A stretch of DNA of 64,000 bases from Candidatus Latescibacterota bacterium (GTDB lineage Bacteria; Latescibacterota; UBA2968), in the NCBI GenBank assembly GCA_965204745.1, contig OZ242010.1, positions 1,664,001 to 1,728,000 of the forward strand, in the 5' to 3' direction. This document shows positions 1 to 11,751 of this stretch, in pieces; within the stretch, counting starts at the first letter, position 1; every line of letters begins with the position of its first letter. The notes under the pieces were generated by a model that did not search any database, was not told the origin of the DNA, and worked only from the letters and a program-made list of their open reading frames with translations. The translations under genes were made by a program, and so were the position numbers.

Positions 1-213
1 GAAACCGCCAAAACCGGCGAAATCCTCCAACGCCTGACCATGAACCACGCCATCATCGTCATCGAACACAACATGGAATTTGTCCGACAAATCGCCCGCA
101 CGGTCACCGTGCTTCACGAAGGCAAAGTGCTCGTCGAAGGGCCGATGGAACAAGTGCAAAACGACCCCCGCGTCATCGAATGCTATTTGGGCAAACACCC
201 CGAAACCGCTTGA
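1..213 (+). CDS. urtD: Urea ABC transporter ATP-binding protein, 3' part (truncated by window edge)
   Basis: Frame 1 reads ETAKTGEILQRL...IIVIEHNMEFVRQIA...VLHEGKVL...VQNDPRVIECYLG*, a LivG/UrtD-type C-terminus, directly upstream of urtE and urease. Confidence 0.85.
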   Translation, partial: ETAKTGEILQRLTMNHAIIVIEHNMEFVRQIARTVTVLHEGKVLVEGPMEQVQNDPRVIECYLGKHPETA

Positions 214-219
214 GGCCCC

Positions 220-930
220 ATGAACACCCCCGCGCTCGCAGTGCGAGACCTCCACGTTTATTACGGCGAAAGCCGCATCTTGCAGGGCATCGACATGCAC
301 ATCGCCACCGGTTGCATCGCCGCCATCATGGGGCGCAATGGCGTCGGCAAAACCACGCTCATCAAAACCATTGTGGGCTTGCTCCAACCGCGCCGAGGTC
401 ATATCTTCATCAAGGGCGAACGCGCCACGGCTTGGACGCCGGACGTGCGCGCTCGTGCGGCCGTGGGGTACGTACCCCAAGGGCGCGAAATTTTTCCCAA
501 ACTCACGGTCCTCGAAAATTTGCAAATCGGCTTAGAGGCACGCACCGATGGCCTCGCAACGATCCCCGAAAACCCCATCTACGACCTCTTTCCGGCATTG
601 GCCGACATGAAACGGCAGCTGGGCGGCAACCTCAGCGGTGGGCAACAACAGCAACTCGCCATTGCTCGCGCCCTCGTCGGAGATCCGGATATCCTCATCC
701 TCGACGAACCCACCGAAGGCATCCAGCCCTCGATCATTCTCGACATCGAAAACGCATTGCGCCGCCTCAAAGCCCGCGCCGACCTCACCATCATCTTGGT
801 CGAACACCGCTTTGACTTTGCCCGACAAATCGCCGATTATTTTTATATTATGGACCGCGGCAGCATCGCATTGCACGGCCCATCGCACGCCCTCTCGGAC
901 GAAACCATCCAACAGCACCTCACGTTTTAA
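220..930 (+). CDS. urtE: Urea ABC transporter ATP-binding protein
   Basis: Walker [51 protein letters not shown]; next to urease genes. Confidence 0.9.
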   Translation: MNTPALAVRDLHVYYGESRILQGIDMHIATGCIAAIMGRNGVGKTTLIKTIVGLLQPRRGHIFIKGERATAWTPDVRARAAVGYVPQGREIFPKLTVLENLQIGLEARTDGLATIPENPIYDLFPALADMKRQLGGNLSGGQQQQLAIARALVGDPDILILDEPTEGIQPSIILDIENALRRLKARADLTIILVEHRFDFARQIADYFYIMDRGSIALHGPSHALSDETIQQHLTF

Positions 931-940
931 GGAATGTCCC

Positions 941-1675
941 ATGCACCTATCGCCCAAAGAAATCGACAAACTCATCCTCCACAACGCGGGATTCCTCGCC
1001 CAAAAACGCTATGCCCGCGGCTTGCGGCTCAACTACCCGGAAGCGGTCGCGCTCATCGCGGCCCAACTCCTCGAATTTATCCGAGACGGAAACGCCGTGG
1101 CCGCGCTCATGGACAAAGGCAAGCAACTGCTCGGCACAAACGACGTCTTGCCCGGCGTCCCCGCGATGGTCGGCGAAGTGCAAGTGGAAGGCACCTTTCC
1201 CGACGGCACCAAACTCGTCACGGTTCACCACCCCATCTGCCGCGCAGAAGGCGACCCCGACCTCGCCCTGTACGGTTCGGGCCTCGCGCGCACCCAGTCG
1301 CCCTGGTCCCCGGACAACACCATCTCCGCAACGCCGGGCGCGACCACCCCTCTCGCCGAACCCATCGCCCTCAACGCAGACCGGGAAACCATCACCCTCT
1401 CCGTCACCAACACGGGCGACCGCCCCGTACAGGTGGGATCGCACTACACATTTTTTGAAGTCAATCCCGCCCTCTCATTCGACCGGGAAAAAGCCTACGG
1501 CTTTCGCCTGAACATTCCCTCTGGCACGGCAGCGCGCTTTGAACCCGGGGAAACCAAAACCGTCTCCCTCGTCGCCATCGCGGGCCGCCGCACCGTCTAT
1601 GGCGGCAATGCCCTCATCTCGGGCCAACTCGACGAAAACAAAGCCGAGGCCCTCCAAAACGCACGCCATTTTTAA
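941..1675 (+). CDS. ureAB: Urease fused gamma/beta subunit
   Basis: ATG 941 (the longer 638 ORF start is spurious); gamma motifs [12 protein letters not shown] and [17 protein letters not shown] are in frame with beta motifs [11 protein letters not shown] and [16 protein letters not shown]. Confidence 0.95.
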   Translation: MHLSPKEIDKLILHNAGFLAQKRYARGLRLNYPEAVALIAAQLLEFIRDGNAVAALMDKGKQLLGTNDVLPGVPAMVGEVQVEGTFPDGTKLVTVHHPICRAEGDPDLALYGSGLARTQSPWSPDNTISATPGATTPLAEPIALNADRETITLSVTNTGDRPVQVGSHYTFFEVNPALSFDREKAYGFRLNIPSGTAARFEPGETKTVSLVAIAGRRTVYGGNALISGQLDENKAEALQNARHF

Positions 1676-1687
1676 GCGAGGCGACCC

Positions 1688-3391
<1,704 letters not shown>

Positions 3392-3396
3392 GCCCC

Positions 3397-4065
3397 ATGT
3401 TACTCGACCTTTTCACCCTTGCCGACAGCGCGTTGCCCACGGGCGGGTACGCATTCTCCAATGGGCTGGAAGCCGCCGTACAAATGGGATTGTTGCGTAC
3501 CCCTGCGGACCTCGACGCGTACCTCCAAACCGCCATCCACACCACGGCCACGAGCGAAATCCCCTTCATCAACGCCTGCTACAACGGCGATCCCATCCCC
3601 GCAAACCTGACCGACATCCTGCTCGCTTACGACGCCATGCTCACGGCCCCCGCCATAGCCCGCGCCAGCGCGATGCAGGGCCGCAACTTGTTGCGCCTGA
3701 TGCGCGACTTGTACGCCTCAAAGACCATGGGGCGTCTGCACAAAACCTTGCTCGGTCAAGCCGTGCCTGCCCACTACACCATCGTCTTGGGCGCGACCTG
3801 CCATGTCGCCGGCCTCAAACGCCCGCACACCTGCCGGGTATTCATGTACCAATTCTTGCGCGACCAAATCAGCGCGGCGGTTCGCTTGGGGCAAATCGGC
3901 CCTCTCGAAGCCGCGCGATTGCAAAAACGCCACCACCAAACCGCCATCGCCGCTATCGCCGCCATCGCCAACGCAGACCACACCCGCGCCTCGCGCTCTG
4001 CCCCCCAATGGGACATCGCCCAAGGCATGCACGAGTATCTCTATTCCCGATTGTTTCAAAGCTAA
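3397..4065 (+). CDS. ureF: Urease accessory protein UreF
   Basis: ATG 3397: MLLDLFTLADSALPTGGYAFSNGLEAA ... HEYLYSRLFQS* (C-terminal part of the 2203..4065 ORF). Confidence 0.93.
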   Translation: MLLDLFTLADSALPTGGYAFSNGLEAAVQMGLLRTPADLDAYLQTAIHTTATSEIPFINACYNGDPIPANLTDILLAYDAMLTAPAIARASAMQGRNLLRLMRDLYASKTMGRLHKTLLGQAVPAHYTIVLGATCHVAGLKRPHTCRVFMYQFLRDQISAAVRLGQIGPLEAARLQKRHHQTAIAAIAAIANADHTRASRSAPQWDIAQGMHEYLYSRLFQS

Positions 4066-4077
4066 AAAGGACATCTC

Positions 4078-4797
4078 ATGCACGACCACCATCACGGCCA
4101 TGCTCATTCCCCCTTTGAATCCCCCGGCAAATTCGCCCTGCGCGAATCGGTCGCAGCCAGCCGCGACTTTTCGCAACGCGCATTCACTATCGGCGTTGGC
4201 GGGCCGGTCGGCACTGGCAAAACCGCACTCGTTCGCCTGCTCTGCGAAGCCCTGCGCGACCAATACAGCCTCGGCGTGGTCACCAACGACATCTTCACGC
4301 GCGAAGACGCCGAATTTCTCTTGCATCACAACGCACTCGAAGCCGACCGCATCATCGGCGTTGAAACCGGCGGATGCCCACACGCTGCCATTCGGGAAGA
4401 CATCTCCCTCAACCTCAACGCCCTCGAAGACCTCATGATTCGCTTTGACTGCGATATCGACCTCCTCGTCGTCGAAAGCGGCGGCGACAACCTAGCGGCG
4501 CACTTCAGCAAAGAACTCGTGGATTACGCCATCTACGTCATCGACGTCTCCGCAGGCGACAAAATTCCCCGAAAGGGCGGCCCGGGCATCACCCAATCGG
4601 ACCTGCTCATCATCAACAAAACCGACCTCGCGGACCTCGTGGGCGCGGACCTCGGCATTATGGAACGAGACGCAAAAAAAATGCGCGGGGACGGCCCCAC
4701 GCTCTTTGCCTGCATCAAAAACAAAGTTGGACGCGATGAAATCATCGCCCACATCCTCCGCGCCCATGAATCTGCCCGCTTGTATCTTGCGAGATAG
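4078..4797 (+). CDS. ureG: Urease accessory GTPase UreG with His-rich N-terminus
   Basis: [42 protein letters not shown]; N-terminus [10 protein letters not shown]. Confidence 0.96.
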   Translation: MHDHHHGHAHSPFESPGKFALRESVAASRDFSQRAFTIGVGGPVGTGKTALVRLLCEALRDQYSLGVVTNDIFTREDAEFLLHHNALEADRIIGVETGGCPHAAIREDISLNLNALEDLMIRFDCDIDLLVVESGGDNLAAHFSKELVDYAIYVIDVSAGDKIPRKGGPGITQSDLLIINKTDLADLVGADLGIMERDAKKMRGDGPTLFACIKNKVGRDEIIAHILRAHESARLYLAR

Positions 4798-4860
4798 AGG
4801 GCGCACCCCCGTATCGAGGGCATCTTATGTCTCACTTGCGGAAGGGCGGTGCGCGAGGGG

Positions 4861-5040
4861 ACCTATCCCCCGGCCCCTTTCCTACGAGGAAAGGGGAGTA
4901 AAGTCCCTTTGATGGCTTATCTCAAGGGTTGCTCTGATGGCGTTGACCGAGGGCATAAAGCGATTAAAAATCCCTCATCAATCCCCTCGCAAAACCGCTC
5001 ACAGTTCCCCCCCCTTCCTCTAAGGAAGGGCGGTGCGGGG
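4861..5040. repeat. REP/MITE-like unit with palindromic ends (ACCTATCCCCCGGCCCCTTTCCT..AGGAAAGGGG ... CCCCTTCCT..AGGAAGGG)
   Basis: Related copy at ~41684-41912; half copies at ~6555-6610 and 48313-48375. Confidence 0.65.
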
Positions 5041-5066
5041 ACTGACCACTGACTACTGACCACTGA
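5041..5066. repeat. Heptamer tandem repeat (ACTGACC/ACTGACT)
   Basis: Same family at 7867-7901 and 38869-38900 (other strand), 41414-41433 and 48546-48566. Confidence 0.8.
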
Positions 5067-5139
5067 TTTTGATCGGGCGAGCACGGGGCATCGCCCCTAC
5101 ACATATCGCCAGTTGTACCCCTTTTGTGCCTTTTGTGCC

Positions 5140-5171
5140 TTTGAACTGGCTATCGCCAGTTGTACCCCGCT
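5140..5171 (+). repeat. ~28-bp hairpin mini-element GAACTGG-loop-CCAGTTGTACCCCGCT within a GTGCCTTTT nonamer array
   Basis: Copies at 27613-27645 and 37276-37308 (+), 12647-12687, 18691-18718 and 52449-52477 (-), and a degenerate one at ~58538-58558 (-). Confidence 0.8.
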
Positions 5172-5204
5172 TGTGGCTAACCCCATCTCACCTCAGCCGC
5201 GCTC

Positions 5205-6041
5205 ATGCCCACAATCCCCTCATCTATCGAAGTGACCCACAATGGCACGCGCTCTGTCCTCACGGCTTGCCGCTCCATTGCACCGCTCAAATTGCTCAAC
5301 CCCGCCACGCAGGGCACGTATTGCGCGGTTGTGATCTCCAGTTACGGCGGCGGCATGGTCGAAGGAGACGCGCCAATCCTCCGCGTGCGCTGTGGCAAAC
5401 GCGCGGCCCTGTACTTGGGCACGCAGGCATTGACCAAAGTCTATAAAAATCCCCACGGCATCCCGTCCAAACAAACCCTCATCGGCAAAGTCGAATCCCA
5501 GGCCCTCGCTATCGTGTGGCCCGATCCCGTTGTCCCCTATGCACAAAGCATCTTTGAACAAAACCAACACTGGCACTTGGCCCCCAACGCCTGCCTGCTC
5601 CTCGCGGATGGGCATACGGCCGGGCGCGTTGCCCACGGCGAACACTTTGCCTACGCACGTTACCGATCCCACATCGCCATTCACACGCCCAAACGCCCGC
5701 TCCTCATCGAACGCTACCACTCCGAACCGGGCGCGGTATCGCCCACGCACCCGGGCGCGTTTGGCCCTTACAACGTCGTCTTCAACATCTTCATCGCAGG
5801 GACGCCCGGCGAAGCGCGCTTCACCCACCTAATCGAAAATCTCTCCCAAACCCTCATCCCATTATTGCGACCAACCCCGCCCGACCTCTTGCTCTCTTTC
5901 GCCTCCCCCAAGCCCGACCTCTTCATCATCCGATCCCTCGCGCAAAATATCGAAAGCCTCCACCCCCTCTTCGCGGCCCTCCGCAACGCAATCGCCCACC
6001 CCAACATCCTCGGCACAGATCCCCTCGCCCGAAAGTACTAG
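5205..6041 (+). CDS. ureD: Urease accessory protein UreD/UreH
   Basis: PLKLLNP, SSYGGGMVEGD, LGTQALTKVYK, PDPVVPY, GRVAHGE; last gene of the urease cluster. Confidence 0.9.
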   Translation: MPTIPSSIEVTHNGTRSVLTACRSIAPLKLLNPATQGTYCAVVISSYGGGMVEGDAPILRVRCGKRAALYLGTQALTKVYKNPHGIPSKQTLIGKVESQALAIVWPDPVVPYAQSIFEQNQHWHLAPNACLLLADGHTAGRVAHGEHFAYARYRSHIAIHTPKRPLLIERYHSEPGAVSPTHPGAFGPYNVVFNIFIAGTPGEARFTHLIENLSQTLIPLLRPTPPDLLLSFASPKPDLFIIRSLAQNIESLHPLFAALRNAIAHPNILGTDPLARKY

Positions 6042-6390
6042 GTCGTGTTGACATTTTATTTTTTGAACGTTACGCACAGAGTAGCAAATGTATTGCTTAC
6101 TCATTTAATGCGTTTGGTCCTACAGCCTCGTTGGTTGCCTCCGATGCCTTCGGCGACTTACTTTTTTTCAACAGCAAAAAAAAGTAAGCAAAAAATGCCG
6201 CTCTCAAACGCCGAGGGGCTTGCACAGCGCAAATCGCTTTCGTAACAGAACGATACGCGCCAGCCTGCAAAGTGGGTTGCATAATGGATGTGGGTTGCGA
6301 GACGGCCTTGCGCGCTGTGCGTGATAGCTTGATCGGAGGGTATTTTGCGAGGGCACTTGTTAGGATGCCTTCTTTGAACTGCGGAACATC
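6041..6390 (+). mobile_element. MITE-like element copy 1 (left end plus core; right end missing)
   Basis: Begins TA|GGTCGTGTTGACATTT and supplies the last base of the ureD TAG; strongly similar to 50246-50590 and 18610-18880. Confidence 0.8.
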
Positions 6391-6744
6391 CGTGAATACG
6401 ATGCGTGTGGTAGCAAAAGCGAGAATGCTGAAGGAACCACTGTTGCCCGTCCCCGTTGCGGAGAGGGGCCGAGGGATGGGTCATCTTTTGTTTTAAGACA
6501 ACTTCTAAGGGGCACGAATTGGTTTTGTATATTTTTTGTGTTCTCAATTCCACATTCCCCCTTCCTCACAGGCACAGGCGTAGCCTACAACGAGTGAAGC
6601 GAGGGTAGTCCCGATATTCTTTGTTGCCTAATTTCAGGCATGTTATATTTTTTAGCCATCCATCTACTCGTTGAGATGGACTCCTGTGCCCCACCGCATA
6701 GGAGGAACGGATGAAGAAACGGATTTTGTCAACGGGCTTGTTGA

Positions 6745-6781
6745 TTGCTTCTCACTCGCTTTCTACTCTTAATTCGCATTG
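6745..6781 (-). repeat. IS-end-like repeat (CAATGCGAATTAAGAGTAGAAAGCGAG family), copy 1
   Basis: Matches 41433-41501 (inverted) and 48478-48546 (same orientation). Confidence 0.7.
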
Positions 6782-6813
6782 TCAACCGACAACTTCAGAA
6801 AGGACGTACCATT

Positions 6814-7788
6814 ATGCCGATGGAATACGGCACGATTGACGGGATGAAGAAGAAAATCTCGCGCATTTTGCAGGGCACGATCATGTTGCGCGAAGATGAT
6901 TTGCAAGGTGGATTTGCATTGCTGGATGGGGTGTGGGCACTCGGGGTCAATGGGTTTGACGCTGCGTATATTTACGGCGGCGGGCAGTGCGAGCGCGTTT
7001 TGGGCCAGTGGCTGGAAGAACGTGGCCTGTTCGACGAGGCCGTCATTTTGACAAAGGGCGCGCATCATGCCGGCCCGAAAAACAAAGTCAATCCAGTCGA
7101 TATTACGGCGGATTTGACCGCGTCATTGGAGCGGTGCCGAACGGATTTCATCGACATCTACGTGTTGCACCGAGATGATCTCAATGTCGAAGTCGGACCG
7201 ATTGTCGAGGTGTTGAACGAGCACAAAGCCGCGGGCCGAATCGGCCTGTTTGGCGGGTCGAACTGGACCGTGCCGCGCATTCGGGAGGCCAATGAGTACG
7301 CTTACAAGCACAACTTGGAACCCTTTAGCGTGAGCAGTCCCAATTATAGCCTCGCCGAACAGGTGAAAGAACCCTGGCGCGGTTGCATCAGCATCAGCGG
7401 GCCGAGCAACGAAGCGGATCGGGCGTGGTACGCAGAACAAAAAATGCCCCTGTTCACGTGGTCGAGCCTCGCACAGGGGTTTTTCTCGGGCAAGTTCACA
7501 CGCGAGACGTTTGAAGCCTACAAGCCGAATCTGCCGGGGTCATGCGTGGATGCCTATTGTTACGAGCAAAACTTCGAGCGTCTAAATCGCGCGGGCGAAT
7601 TGGCGAGGGAAAAGGGGCTGACCGTGCCGCAAATCGCGCTGGCATTTAACCTGAATCAACCCCTGAATCTCTTTTCCCTGATCGGCGTGTTCCACCCGGA
7701 TGAGTGCAAGGCCAATATCGAGGCCCTCAATTTGAAACTCACGCGAGAAGAACTCGATTGGCTGGATTTGAAGTGCGACGAGCGATGA
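6814..7788 (+). CDS. Aldo/keto reductase
   Basis: FDAAYIYG, ILTKG, DFIDIYVLHRDD, GGSNW, SPNYSLA, WSSLAQG; AAAGGA RBS before ATG 6814. Confidence 0.9.
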   Translation: MPMEYGTIDGMKKKISRILQGTIMLREDDLQGGFALLDGVWALGVNGFDAAYIYGGGQCERVLGQWLEERGLFDEAVILTKGAHHAGPKNKVNPVDITADLTASLERCRTDFIDIYVLHRDDLNVEVGPIVEVLNEHKAAGRIGLFGGSNWTVPRIREANEYAYKHNLEPFSVSSPNYSLAEQVKEPWRGCISISGPSNEADRAWYAEQKMPLFTWSSLAQGFFSGKFTRETFEAYKPNLPGSCVDAYCYEQNFERLNRAGELAREKGLTVPQIALAFNLNQPLNLFSLIGVFHPDECKANIEALNLKLTREELDWLDLKCDER

Positions 7789-8015
7789 GCGAGAGGGCGA
7801 AGATGAACCCCGCCCAACCCCCTTCGGTGAGAGGTAAGACGGGAGAGGCGAGAAACAGGCTCCAAGCGGTCAGTGGTCAGTGGTCAGTAGTCAGTAGTCA
7901 GTCCCCGCCCAACAGCCCCAAAACCCGACGCACTGCGTAGATGCACTGGCCCGAAAAACGGTCAGTTGCCCCGTTTCGTTGATTCGCTTGGCAGATTAAA
8001 TTAGCTTAAATGGCA

Positions 8016-8048
8016 AAGGCCGACGGGCATCACCCGTCGGCCTTTTTG
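8016..8048. terminator. Bidirectional intrinsic terminator
   Basis: AAAGGCCGACGGG-catca-CCCGTCGGCCTTTTT between convergent genes. Confidence 0.75.
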
Positions 8049-8396
8049 TTAGACCTTTTGCCGCGTCCAGCCGCGTTTGACTTCGGGCTGTTTGCGGAAT
8101 CCCTTTTGCGGTTTGGTGCCGGTCGCGCCCAAGGCTTTTTGTCGCCTGTGATGGGTTTCCCACTGGTGTTGCATGCGCTGGCCCTCGTTTGAAGCCAGCC
8201 ACGCATCCAGTTTTTCTTTTGACACGCCGCGCTCTGTCACGATGCCCCCTTTTTGAAATGCCTGCCGCCTGCGCTTGATTTCGCCCCGCGAGCATCCGAG
8301 TTTTCGCGCCATGTGTTTGTCGTCTTCGCCAGCGACCAAAAGGTCTGCAAAGGTGCGATAAAATACCGCTGCGTCGTCAATTTGAAGATGTGCCAT
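8049..8396 (-). CDS. Small basic hypothetical protein, possible helix-turn-helix
   Basis: AGGAGG RBS, terminator right after the stop; MARKLGCSRGEIKRR is HTH-like. Confidence 0.65.
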   Translation of the reverse strand: MAHLQIDDAAVFYRTFADLLVAGEDDKHMARKLGCSRGEIKRRRQAFQKGGIVTERGVSKEKLDAWLASNEGQRMQHQWETHHRRQKALGATGTKPQKGFRKQPEVKRGWTRQKV

Positions 8397-8470
8397 GTGA
8401 ACCTCCTAAGTGTCTTTCGTCTTCCCTCTCGCATCTTGTCTTTGGTCGAGCACGAGGCCATCGCCCCTTC

Positions 8471-9454
8471 TCACCGCATTCTCGATTCCGACATCCACAT
8501 ATCGGGGTTGTTGCCGAGTTTGTTTTTGACGCCCACCGTGATTTCAGAGAGGCGTTGCAGGAGGTCTTCGGAGAGCGCGAGTGCGACTGAGGGGAGATTC
8601 CATTGGACTTCGTCGGGCGTTCTCGCGCCGACCAGAAGCGAGGTGATGCCGGGTTGTTGCCGCGCCCACGCGAGGGCCATTTCCGCCATGGTGACGCCAG
8701 CCTCGGCGGCGACAGCGCGAATTTCTGACAGCGCGTTGAAGACTTCGGTTTCGCAACCGGGTTCGCCGTGTCGGGCCATGGGCCGGTCGTGCGAATACAG
8801 GCGGGTGCGCGCCAAGCCATCGGGCACTTCATCCGCAGAGGCGTAACGCCCGGTGAGCAGCCCTTGCATCAGCGGGCTATAGCAAATGATGCCGATCTCG
8901 TTTTCCAAACACATCGGCTGAATTTCGCGTTCGATCACGCGCCAGAGCAAGCTATACGGCAACTGATTGGTGGCGATATCGCCCACAGCGAGCAAGTCGC
9001 CGAGATCGCCGCAGGCAAAATTGCAGACGCCAATGGCCCGAATTTTCCCCTGATCGCGCAGGCGAGAAAGCGCGTTTGCGGTTTCTTCAATGGGGATAGT
9101 GTGATTGGGCCAGTGAATTTGGTACAGATCGATGTAATCCGTTTGTAGATTTTTCAAGCTGTTTTCACAGGCTTTGGGCAGATCATCGGATGAGAGATGA
9201 GCACCGCCGACTTTGGTGGCGATCACCGCTTCGTCGCGCCGCCCTTTAAGGCCACGCCCGAGGACGCGCTCGGAATTGCCATACCCCTCTGCCGTGTCAA
9301 AAAACGTGATGCCCGCGTCATGTGCGGCATGCACAGTGGCGATAGAGACGTCGTCATCTTGTTCGCCCCAAACATCGCCGCCGGCAAAAGGCCAACAACC
9401 CAACGCGAGGACAGAGACAGCTATATCCGTGCCGGGGAGTTTGGTGTAGGTCAC
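8471..9454 (-). CDS. Aldo/keto reductase
   Basis: GTG start after AAAGGA; LALGCW, FFDTAEGYG, IATKV, TDYIDLYQIHWP, NQLPYSLL, YSPLMQGLLTG. Confidence 0.92.
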   Translation of the reverse strand: MTYTKLPGTDIAVSVLALGCWPFAGGDVWGEQDDDVSIATVHAAHDAGITFFDTAEGYGNSERVLGRGLKGRRDEAVIATKVGGAHLSSDDLPKACENSLKNLQTDYIDLYQIHWPNHTIPIEETANALSRLRDQGKIRAIGVCNFACGDLGDLLAVGDIATNQLPYSLLWRVIEREIQPMCLENEIGIICYSPLMQGLLTGRYASADEVPDGLARTRLYSHDRPMARHGEPGCETEVFNALSEIRAVAAEAGVTMAEMALAWARQQPGITSLLVGARTPDEVQWNLPSVALALSEDLLQRLSEITVGVKNKLGNNPDMWMSESRMR

Positions 9455-9510
9455 GATTTGTCCTTTCGATGAGGTGGTCAGTCTCCGCCCATCCGCTTCG
9501 CCGCCCCATT

Positions 9511-9542
9511 CCGTTGCATGGCTCGCAAATGTCAACACAACC
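9511..9542 (+). mobile_element. Isolated right end of the MITE family
   Basis: CCGTTGCATGGCTCGCAAATGTCAACACAACC|TA matches 50627-50660. Confidence 0.7.
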
Positions 9543-9545
9543 TAA

Positions 9546-10907
9546 TTACCGATGCCATGCGCCTTCTACGTAACGCGCCGATAGGCGGCGAGATAACTCG
9601 CGTCTGAGGTCGGGATTTTGTTCGGCGATGTTGTGTTCTTCTTTCGGGTCCGCGATCAAGTCGTAGAGTTCGGTGACGTCGTTGTAATTTTCGATCAACT
9701 TGTGCTCGTGCGTGCGGATGCACCGGAAGTTGCGGATGCCGCTGACGGTTTCGGCCCGGTGGCTCGCTGTTTCGCCCCGCAACACAGCCGCGATGGACCG
9801 GGCGTCGATATCCGAGAGCGGGGGGATGCCAGCGAGGTCGCATATCGTGGGATTTAGGTCGATGAGTTCGACCAAGGCATCGGAGACGCGCCCGGCCGCA
9901 ATGCCGGGGCCTGCCACGATGAGCGGGATGTGTACCGAGGCTTCGTAGGGTACGCTTTTGGTGTACAAGCCGTGATCGCCGAGCATTTCCCCGTGGTCGC
10001 TGGAAAATATGACGTACGTATTGTCGGCCATGCCTCGCCGTTCAACGGCTGCGAGGATTTCGCCGATCTGATCGTCGATGGCTTCGATGGCCGCGCAATA
10101 TTGCCGCCGCGTTTCCGCGATTTTTTCTGGGGTGATGTCTTTGACGCGGTCTTTGAGGTACGCGGGTTTGCCCGGCAAGTTCGCAGGTGTGGCAGGTGGC
10201 ATGTCCGCGTCGCGGTATTTGTCGCCGTATTCGGTGGGCGGGTCAAAGGGATCGTGCGGGCCGACAAAGCTGACGAACAAATGCCAGGGGAAATCCCCGG
10301 GGATGTTCTCGATCCATTCGACAGATCGCTGCCCAATATAGACATCCTCAAAGGCTTCGGTGGGCAAGACCGAATCGTGACAAGAGCAGTGAAAGCCCTC
10401 TTTGGCGCGGCGGGTATAATCAGCGACAAAGGCTTCGAACAACCCTTTGTCTTGCAAGAAGTGGTTGTATGGCCCCAGCGGCGTTTTGGAACGGCCCGCG
10501 TGCATTTTGCCCTCGCATTCAACCGGGTGGGTAAAGCCCCACATATAAGTGGCGGGACGGTCGCCGTCTCGTCCGTTGTACCCATCGGGTTTGGCGAGGT
10601 CGAGTTTGCCCACGCAACCCACGTAATAGTTGTAATCGCGCAGTTGCTGGTAATAAGTCGGTTGGCTTCGGGGCAAGAAGCAATTGTTTTCAACGCATCC
10701 GAGGCGCGAGGGTTGCATGCCCGAGGCGAGCGCAATGCGCGAAGGCGCGCAGACCGGGCAATTCGTCGTGCATTGGGTGAAGTGCATCCCCTGTTCCGCG
10801 AGGCGGTCGATATTGGGCGTGCGAACAAAATCCGCACCTGCACAGCCCAAGTAATCAAAGCGATGCTGGTCATCCATGATGAACAGGATATTGGGGCGAT
10901 CTGTCAT
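9546..10907 (-). CDS. Sulfatase (formylglycine-dependent, choline-sulfatase-like)
   Basis: RPNILFIMDDQHR, CAPSR signature, GKLD, GPHDP, SDHGEMLGDHG. Confidence 0.93.
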   Translation of the reverse strand: MTDRPNILFIMDDQHRFDYLGCAGADFVRTPNIDRLAEQGMHFTQCTTNCPVCAPSRIALASGMQPSRLGCVENNCFLPRSQPTYYQQLRDYNYYVGCVGKLDLAKPDGYNGRDGDRPATYMWGFTHPVECEGKMHAGRSKTPLGPYNHFLQDKGLFEAFVADYTRRAKEGFHCSCHDSVLPTEAFEDVYIGQRSVEWIENIPGDFPWHLFVSFVGPHDPFDPPTEYGDKYRDADMPPATPANLPGKPAYLKDRVKDITPEKIAETRRQYCAAIEAIDDQIGEILAAVERRGMADNTYVIFSSDHGEMLGDHGLYTKSVPYEASVHIPLIVAGPGIAAGRVSDALVELIDLNPTICDLAGIPPLSDIDARSIAAVLRGETASHRAETVSGIRNFRCIRTHEHKLIENYNDVTELYDLIADPKEEHNIAEQNPDLRRELSRRLSARYVEGAWHR

Positions 10908-10973
10908 GTCGTCTCCTTAGAATCAGTACTTAAAGGGTAGGCACGCAATATAGGGGTGGTGTCTCTGTGCGTT

Positions 10974-11360
10974 CTACCAAAGCACCGGTACCGGGTAGCG
11001 AGAGATTGCCGCGTCGGGCGTTACTATCGTCAGGCTGTTCAAGATAGCCTGAGAGACGAGACCCCGGTCAAACGGATCGGAATGATGCAGTGGCAAGAAC
11101 GCTTCGTGTGCGGCACAGGCCTCGTCAAAGGCAAGCGGCTCAAGTCGCAACCACCTGCGCCGGCTGACCACATAGCGATCCGGCGGCTCTGGTAGCGGCA
11201 AACGACCTAACCGGTATTTGATGGCAATTTCCCAAGCTGAAAGCGCGCTGAGGTAAACGTCGTTCTCGGGGCTACGGCAACTTGTTCGCGCTACAGGTGT
11301 CAACTGCGGGTCGTCGGCCGCCAGCCAGAGGAAGGTACATGTGTCAAGCAGGAGTTTCAT
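10974..11360 (-). CDS. vapC: PIN-domain toxin (VapC family)
   Basis: MKLLLDTCTFLW, SALSAWEIAIK, HHSDPFDRGLVSQA, IVTPD. Confidence 0.93.
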   Translation of the reverse strand: MKLLLDTCTFLWLAADDPQLTPVARTSCRSPENDVYLSALSAWEIAIKYRLGRLPLPEPPDRYVVSRRRWLRLEPLAFDEACAAHEAFLPLHHSDPFDRGLVSQAILNSLTIVTPDAAISRYPVPVLW

Positions 11361-11751
11361 GCGATTGGTTGTCTCCGCAAAATGCGTTGAGCAGGTCATC
11401 GGGAAGCGGATCGAAGAAGCTAAGGGGAATGGTCAGTCCACGGTCAATCCCTACTGGGCGCAATTTTGAGGAATCAATTGCCCCAATAATTTCCTCAGTT
11501 TCTCGATGGTCCTTTGATTCGGGGAAACGGTGGCTGGCGTTCAGGATCGTAAGGCCGATCACTTGGCCCTGCTCATAGCGGATGATCACGTCGTCGTCTG
11601 TCAGTTCGCTATCGTCTGCACGACTGGGTTTTTTGAAATTGACATACAACACATCGGCTTCGGCATCGTATGAAGACCACAAATAGTGCTTCGGGGAATG
11701 CCGCACTGCCGGGATTAAGTGTACATATTTATCTACTGTGATAGAGGCCAT
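11344..11751 (-). CDS. Chimeric antitoxin: DUF2283-like domain fused to a Phd/VapB-type C-terminal tail
   Basis: YDAEADVLYVNF...VIIRYEQGQVIGLTILNAS, then RPVGIDRGLTIPLSFFDPLPDDLLNAF; overlaps the vapC start. Confidence 0.75.
   Translation of the reverse strand: MASITVDKYVHLIPAVRHSPKHYLWSSYDAEADVLYVNFKKPSRADDSELTDDDVIIRYEQGQVIGLTILNASHRFPESKDHRETEEIIGAIDSSKLRPVGIDRGLTIPLSFFDPLPDDLLNAFCGDNQSHETPA

Noticed and set aside
5041-5180. Possible CRISPR array among the short repeats (also 37266-37333 and 38820-38900)
   Set aside because: Units are 7-9 bp tandem repeats or isolated hairpins without regular unique spacers, and no cas genes are present
6045-6553. Short ORFs inside the MITE copies (also 18659-18883 and 50186-50525)
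   Set aside because: Starts and stops differ between copies and there are no RBS or protein motifs; treated as non-coding
6041-9544. Composite element defined by the MITE left end at 6041 and the lone right end at 9542
   Set aside because: No transposase, ordinary metabolic cargo and many other fragments of the family; independent remnants are more likely
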